A DNA stretch of 64,000 nt. Source: Gammaproteobacteria bacterium. GTDB lineage: Bacteria; Pseudomonadota; Gammaproteobacteria; SZUA-140. The notes beneath the pieces are model-generated. The model had not been told where the DNA came from. It was given only the letters and a program-made list of their open reading frames with translations, and ran no database searches. The translations under genes were made by a program, and so were the position numbers. The stretch lies in assembly GCA_020847075.1 (NCBI GenBank), contig JADLCS010000057.1, positions 21,052 to 85,051 of the forward strand. Direction: 5' to 3'. Shown here piece after piece: positions 19,328 through 28,588 of this stretch (its first letter is position 1; every line of letters starts with the position of its first letter).

Positions 19328-20074
19328 ATGAGCAGCAATACGGACTTCGTACTGTCGATCGAGGACCTGACCGTCTCGTTCGATGGCTTCAAGGCGGTGG
19401 ACAGCCTCAACCTGTACGTGGACAAGAACGAGATCCGTGTCGTGATCGGGCCGAATGGCGCCGGAAAGACCACGGTGCTCGATCTGATCTGCGGCAAGAC
19501 CCGGGCCACCTCGGGGAGCATCAGGTTCAAAGGGCTCGAACTCACCAGGATGTCCGAGCACCAGATCGTGCGTTCGGGCGTGGGGCGCAAGTTCCAGAAC
19601 CCGTCCATCTATGAGAACCTGACGGTATTCGAGAATCTGGAGGTATCCTACCCAAAGGGACGGACGGTGTTCGGCGCGCTGGCCTTCAAGCGCACCGCCG
19701 AGGTCATCGCCAAGGTAGAGGAGATCGCCAGGGAGATCATGCTGGAGGAGTTCCTGGGCACCGAGGCCGGTCTGCTCAGCCATGGGCAGAAACAGTGGCT
19801 GGAGATCGGCATGCTGCTGATCCAGGATCCGGAGCTGCTCATGCTGGACGAGCCGGTGGCCGGCATGAGCGCCCGCGAGCGCGAGCTGACCGGGCAACTG
19901 CTCAAGCGCATCTGCAACAACCGTTCCGTGCTGGTGATCGAACACGACATGGAGTTCGTCAAGAACATCGCCCACAAGGTGACGGTTCTGCATCAGGGCA
20001 AGATACTGAAGGAGGGGTTGATGGAAGTGGTGCAGAGCGATCCCAAGGTCATCGAAGTCTATCTGGGGCATTGA
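19328..20074 (+). CDS. urtD: ABC transporter ATP-binding protein (UrtD-like)
   Basis: Walker A GPNGAGKTT, signature LSHGQKQWLEIG, Walker B LLMLDEP. Confidence 0.85.
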   Translation: MSSNTDFVLSIEDLTVSFDGFKAVDSLNLYVDKNEIRVVIGPNGAGKTTVLDLICGKTRATSGSIRFKGLELTRMSEHQIVRSGVGRKFQNPSIYENLTVFENLEVSYPKGRTVFGALAFKRTAEVIAKVEEIAREIMLEEFLGTEAGLLSHGQKQWLEIGMLLIQDPELLMLDEPVAGMSARERELTGQLLKRICNNRSVLVIEHDMEFVKNIAHKVTVLHQGKILKEGLMEVVQSDPKVIEVYLGH

Positions 20075-20076
20075 TC

Positions 20077-20832
20077 ATGAGCGCGACGAACCTGAAGTAC
20101 AGCGAAGAGATCCCGCCGGTCGACACCGGCACGGGCGAGGCCATGCTGAAGGTCGAGGATCTGGTCGTATGCTACGGCCAGAGCGAGATCATCCACGGGC
20201 TGTCGTTCCAGGCGAAACCGAAAGAGACGCTCGCCATCATGGGACGCAACGGCATGGGCAAGACCACGCTGTTCAAGTCGCTGATGGGCGTGATCCCGAG
20301 TAAGAGCGGCAAGGTCGCCGTGGCAGGTAAGGATATCAGCGGGCTGCCCAGCTACAAGCGCGTCGCCAGCGGCATCGCCTACGTGCCCCAGGGCCGCATG
20401 ATCTTTCCGACCCTGACGGTGAAGGAAAATATCGAGACCGGTCTCGAGACCAACAAGAACAAGACCGTTCCCGAGGAACTCTACGAACTGTTCCCGGTGC
20501 TGTGGGAGATGCGTGCGCGTAAGGGCGGCAACCTCTCGGGCGGTCAGCAGCAGCAGCTCGCCATCGCCCGCGCGCTGGCCTCGGACCCCAAGGTTCTACT
20601 GCTGGACGAGCCGACCGAAGGCATCCAGCCGTCCATCATCAAGGACATCGCCAAGATCCTGAACGAGATCCGCCGCATGCGCGACATCACCATCATCGTG
20701 TCGGAGCAGGTGCTGAGCTTCACGCTGGAGATCGCGGACCGCCTGCTGGTGATCGAGCGCGGCAGCTTCGTGCACGAGGATGTGCGCGCCAACGTGGATG
20801 CGAAGAAGATCACTGCCTATCTGTCGGTATGA
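20077..20832 (+). CDS. urtE: ABC transporter ATP-binding protein (UrtE-like)
   Basis: Walker A GRNGMGKTT, signature LSGGQQQQLAIA, Walker B LLLLDEP. Confidence 0.85.
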   Translation: MSATNLKYSEEIPPVDTGTGEAMLKVEDLVVCYGQSEIIHGLSFQAKPKETLAIMGRNGMGKTTLFKSLMGVIPSKSGKVAVAGKDISGLPSYKRVASGIAYVPQGRMIFPTLTVKENIETGLETNKNKTVPEELYELFPVLWEMRARKGGNLSGGQQQQLAIARALASDPKVLLLDEPTEGIQPSIIKDIAKILNEIRRMRDITIIVSEQVLSFTLEIADRLLVIERGSFVHEDVRANVDAKKITAYLSV

Positions 20833-20946
20833 ACGGTCTGTGCCCCCACCTCACTCTGGCCCTCTCCACCCTGCCGGCGGGGAGGGAGGGGGGCATCGAC
20901 GCTGGCGATTCTCTCCTTATGCTCATGTGCGGAGGAAGGGCAGTCC

Positions 20947-21024
20947 GTAGGTTGGGCTGAACGAAATAAAGACCAACATGGCTCAACGATGGTGTTGGGC
21001 TTCGCGGTGCTCAGCCCAACCTAC
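20947..21024. repeat. 14-bp perfect inverted repeat (GTAGGTTGGGCTGA ... TCAGCCCAACCTAC) flanking about 50 bp between convergent urtE and the sigma54-activator gene
   Basis: Perfect inverted repeat plus inner alternative stem GTTGGGCT...AGCCCAAC. Likely bidirectional terminator or small palindromic element. Confidence 0.45.
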
Positions 21025-21080
21025 GCCTACGTATGGGGAAGAGGGGACAGATGAGATGGAGGCGTCGAATCAATAAGGAC

Positions 21081-22703
21081 TCACGTCGACTCGGTCTCCA
21101 GCTTGGTCATGCGGTAGCGAAACTGGCGCAGCGTCATGCCCAGCAGCTCGGCGGCCCGGGTCTGGTTACCGCCGGTGTGCTGCAACGCCTCCATCAGGCG
21201 CGTACGCTGCCGGACGTCGACGCGCTCGTAGGGGCGGTAGCGAATGTCTTGCCGGGCCGTTGACGGTGGCGGTGTGGTCCTTCCGGAAACCGCGGCGGGT
21301 ATGGTCGCCGCCAGGGACGGCGCGTCCGCGGCATGGTGGAGTGAGCCCATGCCCGCCTCTTCAACCAGCATGGCATCGATCTGTCCCTCGGTGATGAGGG
21401 AGTCCTCGGCCTGCAATACGGCCCGTTCCACCACATTCTGCAACTGGCGGATATTGCCATGCCAGTAAAAGGCCTGGAGCCGTTCCATTACGCCGGCGGA
21501 GAAGCTCATATGGCGCCGGTACATCGACTGATAACGGTTCAGAAAGTGTTCCGCCAGCAGCGGGATGTCGCTGCGGCGTTCGCGTAACGGGGGCAGATAG
21601 ACCGGGAGCACGTTCAGCCGGAAGAACAGGTCGAGACGGAAGTGTCCCTGTTCCACGGCCCGCTTCAGGTTGATGTGGGTCGCGGTAATGATGCGAAAAT
21701 CGACCTCGACCGGGCGATCGCCCCCGATCGGCTCGACCTGGCGATCCTGCAGTACGCGTAACAACTTCGTCTGCAGGTCGATCTGGAGATCCCCGATCTC
21801 GTCGAGGAACAGCGTACCGCCCTCGGCCTGCTGCAATTTACCTTTTTTGTTCTTGTGCGCGCCGGTGAAGCTGCCTTTTTCGTGCCCGAACAACTCCGAC
21901 TCCAGCAACTGTTCTGGGATGGCGGCGCAATTGAGCGGGATGTAGGGACCATTGCTGCGATGGCTCAGCTTGTGCATCATCGCCGCGAACATCTCCTTTC
22001 CAGTACCCGATTCCCCCAGCAGGAGAACGGGGGCGTCGCTGTGCCTGGCATTCTCGAGCTGCCGGACCGCGGCGAGCAGGACCGGACTGTTGCCTATGAT
22101 CCCGTGTTCCTCGCACAGCTTCTGCAGGCGTTCGCTGCGGTTATCGAGCGTCTCCATGTAGACCTGATAATGATCCTGCTGGCGCATCGTGATCAGCATG
22201 AAACCGGTCATCGAGGCGATGATACGCAGCAGATCGACGTCCTGCGTGTAGAGCCGTTGTGTGTTGCCGGCCGGGCGCTGGGCGCACAGTATCCCGATCG
22301 GACGTCCTTCGATCACGATGGGAACGGAAATGAATCCGACCCCTTCCATCCTGCCATTGATGGGTTCCGCGATGCGTGTCAGGAAGATCGGCTCCTCGGT
22401 GACGTCCGTGACCAGCGCAAGCTGTCCCGAGCGCCAGACAGCGCCGGTCAACCCCTGATCGAATGGCACGTTGTATTCGCCCCGAAGCAGCCGCTCTCGG
22501 ACCAGACCATAGGAATACGTGACCTGGAGCTCATTGGCGCTGTAATTCGGCAGCATCACCCGGGCGTAGTGTAGGCCGGCCCACTCTGACAGCAGCTTCA
22601 GGACCCCGGTGATCTTCTGCTCGGGAGGGATGGAGCGCGCCAGTAGCCGGGTAGCCTCCAGGATCAGGGCATCGTTGATCTGAAATCGGGTATTCGTCAT
22701 CAA
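21081..22703 (-). CDS. Sigma54-dependent transcriptional activator with N-terminal GAF sensor domain (NifA/FhlA-like)
   Basis: GAF region, AAA+ sigma54 interaction domain (GESGTGKE, GSFTGA variant of GAFTGA), C-terminal Fis-type HTH. Confidence 0.85.
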   Translation of the reverse strand: MMTNTRFQINDALILEATRLLARSIPPEQKITGVLKLLSEWAGLHYARVMLPNYSANELQVTYSYGLVRERLLRGEYNVPFDQGLTGAVWRSGQLALVTDVTEEPIFLTRIAEPINGRMEGVGFISVPIVIEGRPIGILCAQRPAGNTQRLYTQDVDLLRIIASMTGFMLITMRQQDHYQVYMETLDNRSERLQKLCEEHGIIGNSPVLLAAVRQLENARHSDAPVLLLGESGTGKEMFAAMMHKLSHRSNGPYIPLNCAAIPEQLLESELFGHEKGSFTGAHKNKKGKLQQAEGGTLFLDEIGDLQIDLQTKLLRVLQDRQVEPIGGDRPVEVDFRIITATHINLKRAVEQGHFRLDLFFRLNVLPVYLPPLRERRSDIPLLAEHFLNRYQSMYRRHMSFSAGVMERLQAFYWHGNIRQLQNVVERAVLQAEDSLITEGQIDAMLVEEAGMGSLHHAADAPSLAATIPAAVSGRTTPPPSTARQDIRYRPYERVDVRQRTRLMEALQHTGGNQTRAAELLGMTLRQFRYRMTKLETEST

Positions 22704-23074
22704 GATCCCCTTTGCTGTTTCGAGTGGCTCATTCGGCCGTTCGATCCATGGTGTGGGGATTTCGAGCTGTTGCTGTGGGACGCTCGTCTTTCCCCCTGTT
22801 CAGCAGGCAGCAATCCGCGTACCAGCAGGGGTATAAAAATTAAATCTATATTAAAAACAGTATCTAATATAAAAATTCTTGTGTTATCTCACATTAATAC
22901 AGCAGGGTTTGCGCACAACTTTGGATAGGTATTCGAGGGGGGATGGGCACTTTGAGGGCGATACCGCACGCGGCATAAGCAGGCTATCCGTGCGCATCAT
23001 CCATATGTCGGAAAGCTCTGGGGGAAGCGACCGGAGACCGCCGTCGAGGCCGTCTCCGGTCGCCTGATCATCGG

Positions 23075-23776
23075 TTACGGTGTAAAGACCAGGTTTGCCG
23101 ACAGCGACATGCCATCGGCATTCGGGTTGCTCTTGGTATCTTCCTTGTGGCTGACCGCGATGTATTGATAGTCCGTCTTCTGGATCGGCACGGAGGCGCG
23201 TCCCTTCGCATCGGTCGCGTAGGGCTCCTTGTCCCCCATGATCTGCACTTCGGCCCCCGCCAGCGGCTGGGAGCGATAGAGCACCTGCACGGGCAGCTTG
23301 TCGCCCGGCTTCAGTTGGAGGGGATTCGCCAGCGGCACGATCTCCAGTTCGGCTCCGAGTGGTTTACTGAAGGAAGAATTCCAGGCCAGGATATTCTTGT
23401 TGTACTTCTTGGAGTGCATGGACGATTTGGGGCCTTCGACTTCCCATTTCGGCTGGTTGAAGTATTTCTTGTCCAGGTCCTCGGTCCAGAAGCCATTGTC
23501 GTAGTCGATGACGATCAGCGCGATGTCCGGGTCGGTCTTCAGATTGACCTTACCGTCGCGAACGCTGGCGGAAATATCCTTTTGCGCGCCGCTCTTATCG
23601 AACGCGGTGAGCCCTTCCACCTTGGCGGGATTATAGGCTTCCAATTCACCCGGATGGCCGTATACCACTTGGTAGTTGTTCACGGCGCCGTCGGGTGTGA
23701 TCCACACGTCATGGGCGGAGGCTGGGAGGCAGACAGCGCCGGACAGCATGAGCAGGGGTATTGATTTGCGCAGCAT
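23075..23776 (-). CDS. DUF4198-family periplasmic protein (TonB-receptor-associated, putative metal uptake accessory), paralog 1
   Basis: Signal peptide then AHDVWITPDG..., close paralog of 30781-31482. SD AAGGAG. Divergent from TBDR1 across an AT-rich island. Confidence 0.65.
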   Translation of the reverse strand: MLRKSIPLLMLSGAVCLPASAHDVWITPDGAVNNYQVVYGHPGELEAYNPAKVEGLTAFDKSGAQKDISASVRDGKVNLKTDPDIALIVIDYDNGFWTEDLDKKYFNQPKWEVEGPKSSMHSKKYNKNILAWNSSFSKPLGAELEIVPLANPLQLKPGDKLPVQVLYRSQPLAGAEVQIMGDKEPYATDAKGRASVPIQKTDYQYIAVSHKEDTKSNPNADGMSLSANLVFTP

Positions 23777-24132
23777 CGTTTCTCTCCTTCTGGACTTATG
23801 GTTTTGCCCCTTGTCCGCCTGGTGCCAGTGACATGGTGCCGGGTGGTGAGTGGCGGTTGAAAATCCAACGTATGAAGACATCTCAAGTTGACATATAATA
23901 CGTATTAAAATTAAATATTACCAGCGCTATGTTTACCTCTTTAATGCAGGTTTGAAGTTTTCGGCATAGAGTGAATTCGTGGATTCTTATGATAATTGAT
24001 TGTATTTAAATTAATTATTTCTAGAATTTTGATTCTGGGTGAAGGCGTTCAATGTCGTTTTAAATCAGTACTTCGATGTAATTTTCACACAACACATATG
24101 TGGTTAATGGCGGTGATTAAGGAGAATGAAGG

Positions 24133-26145
24133 ATGAAATGCAGAAGGAGAACTAAACTGGGGATGATGGTTCTGTCCGCCCTGGCGAGCCCCGCCGGCTG
24201 GGCCGTGACCTCGCTGTCGGACATCGTGGTGAAGGGAGAGGGACTGGATGAGGCCAACAGCGCCTTCAGCGTCAATGTCATCAGCGCGGAAACGATGCAA
24301 AATATTCATCTCGATCAACCCTATCGCTTTCTCGAACAGGTGCCTGGGTTCTCGCTCGGGAGCTACCGTCAGGGTGGGGTTTCCGATGTGTTCTCGATGC
24401 GGGGATTCTCGTCGGGAGGGCATGGTGGAGATGCCGCCGTCTTCATCGATGGCATTCCCCTCAATGAGGCGATGTCTCACGCGGACGGTTATGCGGACGT
24501 CAATGTCCTGATCCCCCTCGAGGTCCAGAAGGTTGTGGTATATCGCGGCCCTGTCTCTCCGCTTTATGGGAATTTCGCACGCGGTGGCGCGATCGCCTTG
24601 ACTACGCGTAAAGGCGGTGAATATCAGAATGCAGACCTGAGCTTCGGGCAGTGGAATACGCATGACGCGCAAATCGCCCTGGGGGGTACCTTCGGGGCGC
24701 TGGAAACGAATATCGCCGTGGAGAGCTATCATACCGACGGCTGGCGGGAGAATTCGCGTTACGATAAATCGAACGCGACGGCGCGCCTCTCGTATGACAT
24801 CAATGATCGTTCGGAGGTTTCCTTCTCGCTGCGCGCCCATGGCGGACAGTGGGATGGTCCTGGATACGAGCCGAAAGATCAATTCGACGACGACGACCGG
24901 AGGCGCCTGTTGGCGCCCAACGCGGAGAACGATGGTGGCGAGAAGACCTTCACGACCGGGCGCATCGATTACAATCACGTATTGAACGAAGACGCCAAAT
25001 TACTCGTTTTCGGCTACAGCACGGAAATGGAATGGACCCGTTACTCGAAGTTCGGTTATACGCCCGGAGGTCAATCGGAGAGCACGTACGATCGCCCGGT
25101 GTTTGGCATGGGAGCGAGTTATAACAGTAAGAAGAGCGTGGCAGGTTACCCGTCCAACTGGGTGGTGGGCCTGGAATATTACGGTGAAGACACCAGTTAT
25201 CAGAACTACTCGACCTCGAACCGGGTGCGCCAGGTCCAGAACGTCGATCGTGTCTTCGAGATGAATACCACCTCCCTGTTCGCCCAGTTGGATATGGATA
25301 TCACGCCGCAGTTCAGGCCTACGCTGGGTCTGCGTTACGACACCTTTTCCGGTACCTACGAAAACAATGATCCCGGCGGGACGCCCTTCAAGGAGGATAT
25401 GAACAGCTATAACCATATCAGCCCGAAACTGGGGGTTCGCTCCACCTTGTCGGATGCCTGGGAATTGCGCGGAAGCATTTCCAATGGGTTCTCCCTGCCG
25501 GCTGACGAGGCAAAGTATGATCCTGCGCTGAATGTCGATCCCGTCGAGATCTGGCAATACGAGATCGGAGTGAGCGGGATGCCTACGAGCACCATATATA
25601 CTGATCTGGCCTATTTCATTCTGGATACCTCAGATGAAATATTGGAAGACCCGATAGGATCGGGAGATTTCCGGAATGCGGGTAAGACCCGGCGTAATGG
25701 CATAGAGGGTGAGATGCGCTATACGACCCCCGTGCCGTACATGGATGTCATGGCGAATTTCACCTGGATCGACAGCGAGATCAGGAAGAATTCTGATTCC
25801 ACCGTCCAGGGTAAGGAGCTCACGAATATCCCGGAATATCTGGTGACCCTGAACCTCAATTACGCCCCGCCGGCCGGGTTGGGCGCGAAGGCCAGTTGGC
25901 GCAAGGTCGGGCCGTATTATCTGACCGGCGACAACTCGGAGTCCTACGACGGCTTTGACCTTCTCAACGTCGGCATCTTTTACACCCAGAAACTCGAAGA
26001 GAATCGTTCGATGCGCTGGTATCTGGACGTCAACAATATCCTGGACGAGGTATATGCGGAGGCCGTCTTCTCGGGATTCGGCACGACCAATTACGCCCCG
26101 GCGCCACCCGCCAATATCGCCGCCGGCGTGTCGCTTTCGTTCTAG
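24133..26145 (+). CDS. TonB-dependent outer-membrane receptor 1
   Basis: Signal peptide, plug-domain motifs, 22-strand barrel length, C-terminal ...VSLSF aromatic terminus. Confidence 0.85.
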   Translation: MKCRRRTKLGMMVLSALASPAGWAVTSLSDIVVKGEGLDEANSAFSVNVISAETMQNIHLDQPYRFLEQVPGFSLGSYRQGGVSDVFSMRGFSSGGHGGDAAVFIDGIPLNEAMSHADGYADVNVLIPLEVQKVVVYRGPVSPLYGNFARGGAIALTTRKGGEYQNADLSFGQWNTHDAQIALGGTFGALETNIAVESYHTDGWRENSRYDKSNATARLSYDINDRSEVSFSLRAHGGQWDGPGYEPKDQFDDDDRRRLLAPNAENDGGEKTFTTGRIDYNHVLNEDAKLLVFGYSTEMEWTRYSKFGYTPGGQSESTYDRPVFGMGASYNSKKSVAGYPSNWVVGLEYYGEDTSYQNYSTSNRVRQVQNVDRVFEMNTTSLFAQLDMDITPQFRPTLGLRYDTFSGTYENNDPGGTPFKEDMNSYNHISPKLGVRSTLSDAWELRGSISNGFSLPADEAKYDPALNVDPVEIWQYEIGVSGMPTSTIYTDLAYFILDTSDEILEDPIGSGDFRNAGKTRRNGIEGEMRYTTPVPYMDVMANFTWIDSEIRKNSDSTVQGKELTNIPEYLVTLNLNYAPPAGLGAKASWRKVGPYYLTGDNSESYDGFDLLNVGIFYTQKLEENRSMRWYLDVNNILDEVYAEAVFSGFGTTNYAPAPPANIAAGVSLSF

Positions 26146-26162
26146 TTGAAGTTCGCTGTCTC

Positions 26163-26199
26163 AAGGGGGCTGTGTGTGAGCATGGCCCCCTTTCTCTTT
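26163..26199 (+). terminator. Rho-independent terminator after TBDR1 (AAGGGGGC...GCCCCCTT + TCTCTTT)
   Basis: 8-bp GC-rich stem and T-rich tail. Confidence 0.7.
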
Positions 26200-26400
26200 G
26201 TATTCGTGGATATTTCCCCGGTATTCTCGGAACCTGTCGGCATGGATTGCAGTCGTTCGCGCCAGCTAGGCGACGATGTCGGGCTTCGCAGAGTGATCTG
26301 ATGGAATGAAGCCCGGTACTGGCCGGGCCAATGGATACCCGCTTCTTGCGTGGGCAGAATGCGGTCTGATGGATAAAATCTGGGCGCCGCTTTGAAAAGA

Positions 26401-26430
26401 CTGCCTGCCGCCGGGGTGGCGGCAGGCAGG
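26401..26430 (-). terminator. Hairpin terminator after TBDR2 (CTGCCTGCCGCC ggggt GGCGGCAGGCAG)
   Basis: 12-bp perfect stem immediately 3' of the TBDR2 stop on the minus strand. Confidence 0.65.
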
Positions 26431-26439
26431 AGTAGTCGC

Positions 26440-28545
26440 CTACATGGTCAGCGCGATGCCGACCATCACATTCCTGGGCGGACGTGGCGAGTAACTGGTC
26501 GGGACGTTGCCTTGCGTCGGGTGTGGGCCGCCGCCGACGTTCTCCGAATAGAGCTCGTCGGTCAGGTTGTTGATGTCGAGATACCAGCGTGCGGTTCGTT
26601 CACCGTCATCGTGCATAGTGTAGGTAAGTGAGGCGTTGACTACGTCGTAGCCGTCGTAGGTGATGGTATTCGCGGCGTTGGTGTACCACTTGCCCAGCGA
26701 GCGTAACCGGATGCTGCCGCCCCAACCGGTCGGAGGCGCGTATCTCACGCCCAGGTTGGAGACATACTTGGGCAGGCCCGAGAGTTCTTTTCCGATCAGC
26801 GCCGCATTGGGATTCTTCTTGATCTCGCTATCGTAAAATCCGAAGGAGGTGAAGGCTTCGACGTAGTCGAGCGTGGGCGGGGAGAAACGGACTTCACCCT
26901 CGATGCCGCTACGCCGGGTTTCTCCGGCATTGATGAGATCAGTCACATTGTTAGGATCGGCGACGATATCATCGGTGGTATTGAGGATAAAAGCGGCCAG
27001 GTCGAGGTACCATTGCGGGGTCGGCGCGCCATTGATACCGACTTCATACTGCCAGTACTCGACGGTATCGACGTCGATATTGGAATCATACTTGGCGGTA
27101 TCTTCGGGCAGGGCGAAGCCGTTGGCGGCGCTGGCGCGTAATTCCCAATTGTCAGTCAGGGCTGAACGTACTCCCAGTTTCGGGCTGAAATGGTCGTAGT
27201 CATTCATGTCGGTGCTGGTGTCAGTCATCAAATCGTCGCGGTCGCCGCCGAATTTGTCGTAACGAAAGCCGAGCGTTGGCCGGAAGCGCGGATTCATATC
27301 CAGATCCATCTGGCCATAGAGCGAGGCGGTGGTGATATTGTACTTATCGTCCGTCAGCCGGGTCTGGCGTACATGCGTTACGGTACGCCATGAGGTATTC
27401 TTGATATCTTCGTCGTAGTACTCGAAGCCGACCACCCAGTTACTGGGGAGGCCGAGCACAGGGTACGCGCCATTCAGGCTCATACCTATCGCGCTCGCGT
27501 CGCGGTCATAGTTGTACTCGGTCTGCGGCGCCACTGCGCTGAGATCGAGATTAGGGTCTGCGGGGTCGGCCACCGCCGAGTTGGCGACATTCAGTCTGGT
27601 CTGGAAACGGACGAAGTAACTGTCGGTATTATAGGCGTAGGCGAGCAGTTTCAATCTATCGTTAATAACATGGTTGAGATCCAGGCGTTGTGCATCCAGT
27701 TGTTTTTCGCCCGTATCCTCCTGCAGCTTGGTAAAAGGATTCTCCTCGCGTCGAGTGTCATCGTCCTCGAACTGGTCGTTCAGAATGTAGTTGGGAGCTT
27801 GCCATCTACTGCCGTGACCGCGCAGCGAGTAGGCGATTTCGGTCGTGTCGCTGATGTCATAGGCGCCTCGGAAGGCCGCATTCATCTTGGGATATTTGGA
27901 GTGATCTCGCCAGCCGTCGCTCTGATAGCCTTGCAGCGCGCCGTTGATCTGTAATGGACCGACCGTGGTGCCAAACGCGGCCTGAGCATCGAATGTTCCG
28001 TATGAGCCGGTGGATAAGTCGAAGTTCTGATATTCGCCACCTTTGCGCGTTGTGAAGGCAAGTACGCCGCCGCGGGCAAAATTCCCGTACAGTGGCGAGA
28101 TCGGCCCTTTGTAGACGCTCACGGCCTCGATTTCGAGCGGAATGATGATGCTGGTATCGCCGTAGCCATCGGCGTGCGACTCGCCCTCGTTCAGGCTGAT
28201 GCCATCCAGAGACAGGCCGGCGTCACTGCCATGGCCGCCGCCCGTAAAGCCACGGATGGTGAATACGTCCGCCACCCCGCCATGCTGATAGGAGACTGCA
28301 TTGAAGCCCGCCGCCTCCTCGACGATGGTGAGTGGATTTTCCCAGTGCTGCGACTGGATCTGATCCTGGGAGATCACGTTGACGGAAAAGGAGCGGTCCG
28401 CGTCACGCATCCCTTCACCTTTGACCGTGATCGATTCCAATTTCACGGGCTCGCTTTCAGCCGCGTCGACTAATCCCGGCGCGGCGCTAATGAACAGTGA
28501 CCCGAATGTGCAGGTCACTAGATATCTGATCTTCTTTTCCTTCAT
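26440..28545 (-). CDS. TonB-dependent outer-membrane receptor 2 (paralog of receptor 1)
   Basis: Plug/barrel motifs near-identical in pattern to TBDR1 (FSVNVIS, HGxDA..DGIxLNE, VYKGPISPLYGNFARGG). SD GGGAGGAA. Confidence 0.85.
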   Translation of the reverse strand: MKEKKIRYLVTCTFGSLFISAAPGLVDAAESEPVKLESITVKGEGMRDADRSFSVNVISQDQIQSQHWENPLTIVEEAAGFNAVSYQHGGVADVFTIRGFTGGGHGSDAGLSLDGISLNEGESHADGYGDTSIIIPLEIEAVSVYKGPISPLYGNFARGGVLAFTTRKGGEYQNFDLSTGSYGTFDAQAAFGTTVGPLQINGALQGYQSDGWRDHSKYPKMNAAFRGAYDISDTTEIAYSLRGHGSRWQAPNYILNDQFEDDDTRREENPFTKLQEDTGEKQLDAQRLDLNHVINDRLKLLAYAYNTDSYFVRFQTRLNVANSAVADPADPNLDLSAVAPQTEYNYDRDASAIGMSLNGAYPVLGLPSNWVVGFEYYDEDIKNTSWRTVTHVRQTRLTDDKYNITTASLYGQMDLDMNPRFRPTLGFRYDKFGGDRDDLMTDTSTDMNDYDHFSPKLGVRSALTDNWELRASAANGFALPEDTAKYDSNIDVDTVEYWQYEVGINGAPTPQWYLDLAAFILNTTDDIVADPNNVTDLINAGETRRSGIEGEVRFSPPTLDYVEAFTSFGFYDSEIKKNPNAALIGKELSGLPKYVSNLGVRYAPPTGWGGSIRLRSLGKWYTNAANTITYDGYDVVNASLTYTMHDDGERTARWYLDINNLTDELYSENVGGGPHPTQGNVPTSYSPRPPRNVMVGIALTM

Positions 28546-28588
28546 GTCATTCCTCCCACTTGTGTTGTAGATTGGTAGTACTCCTGGT

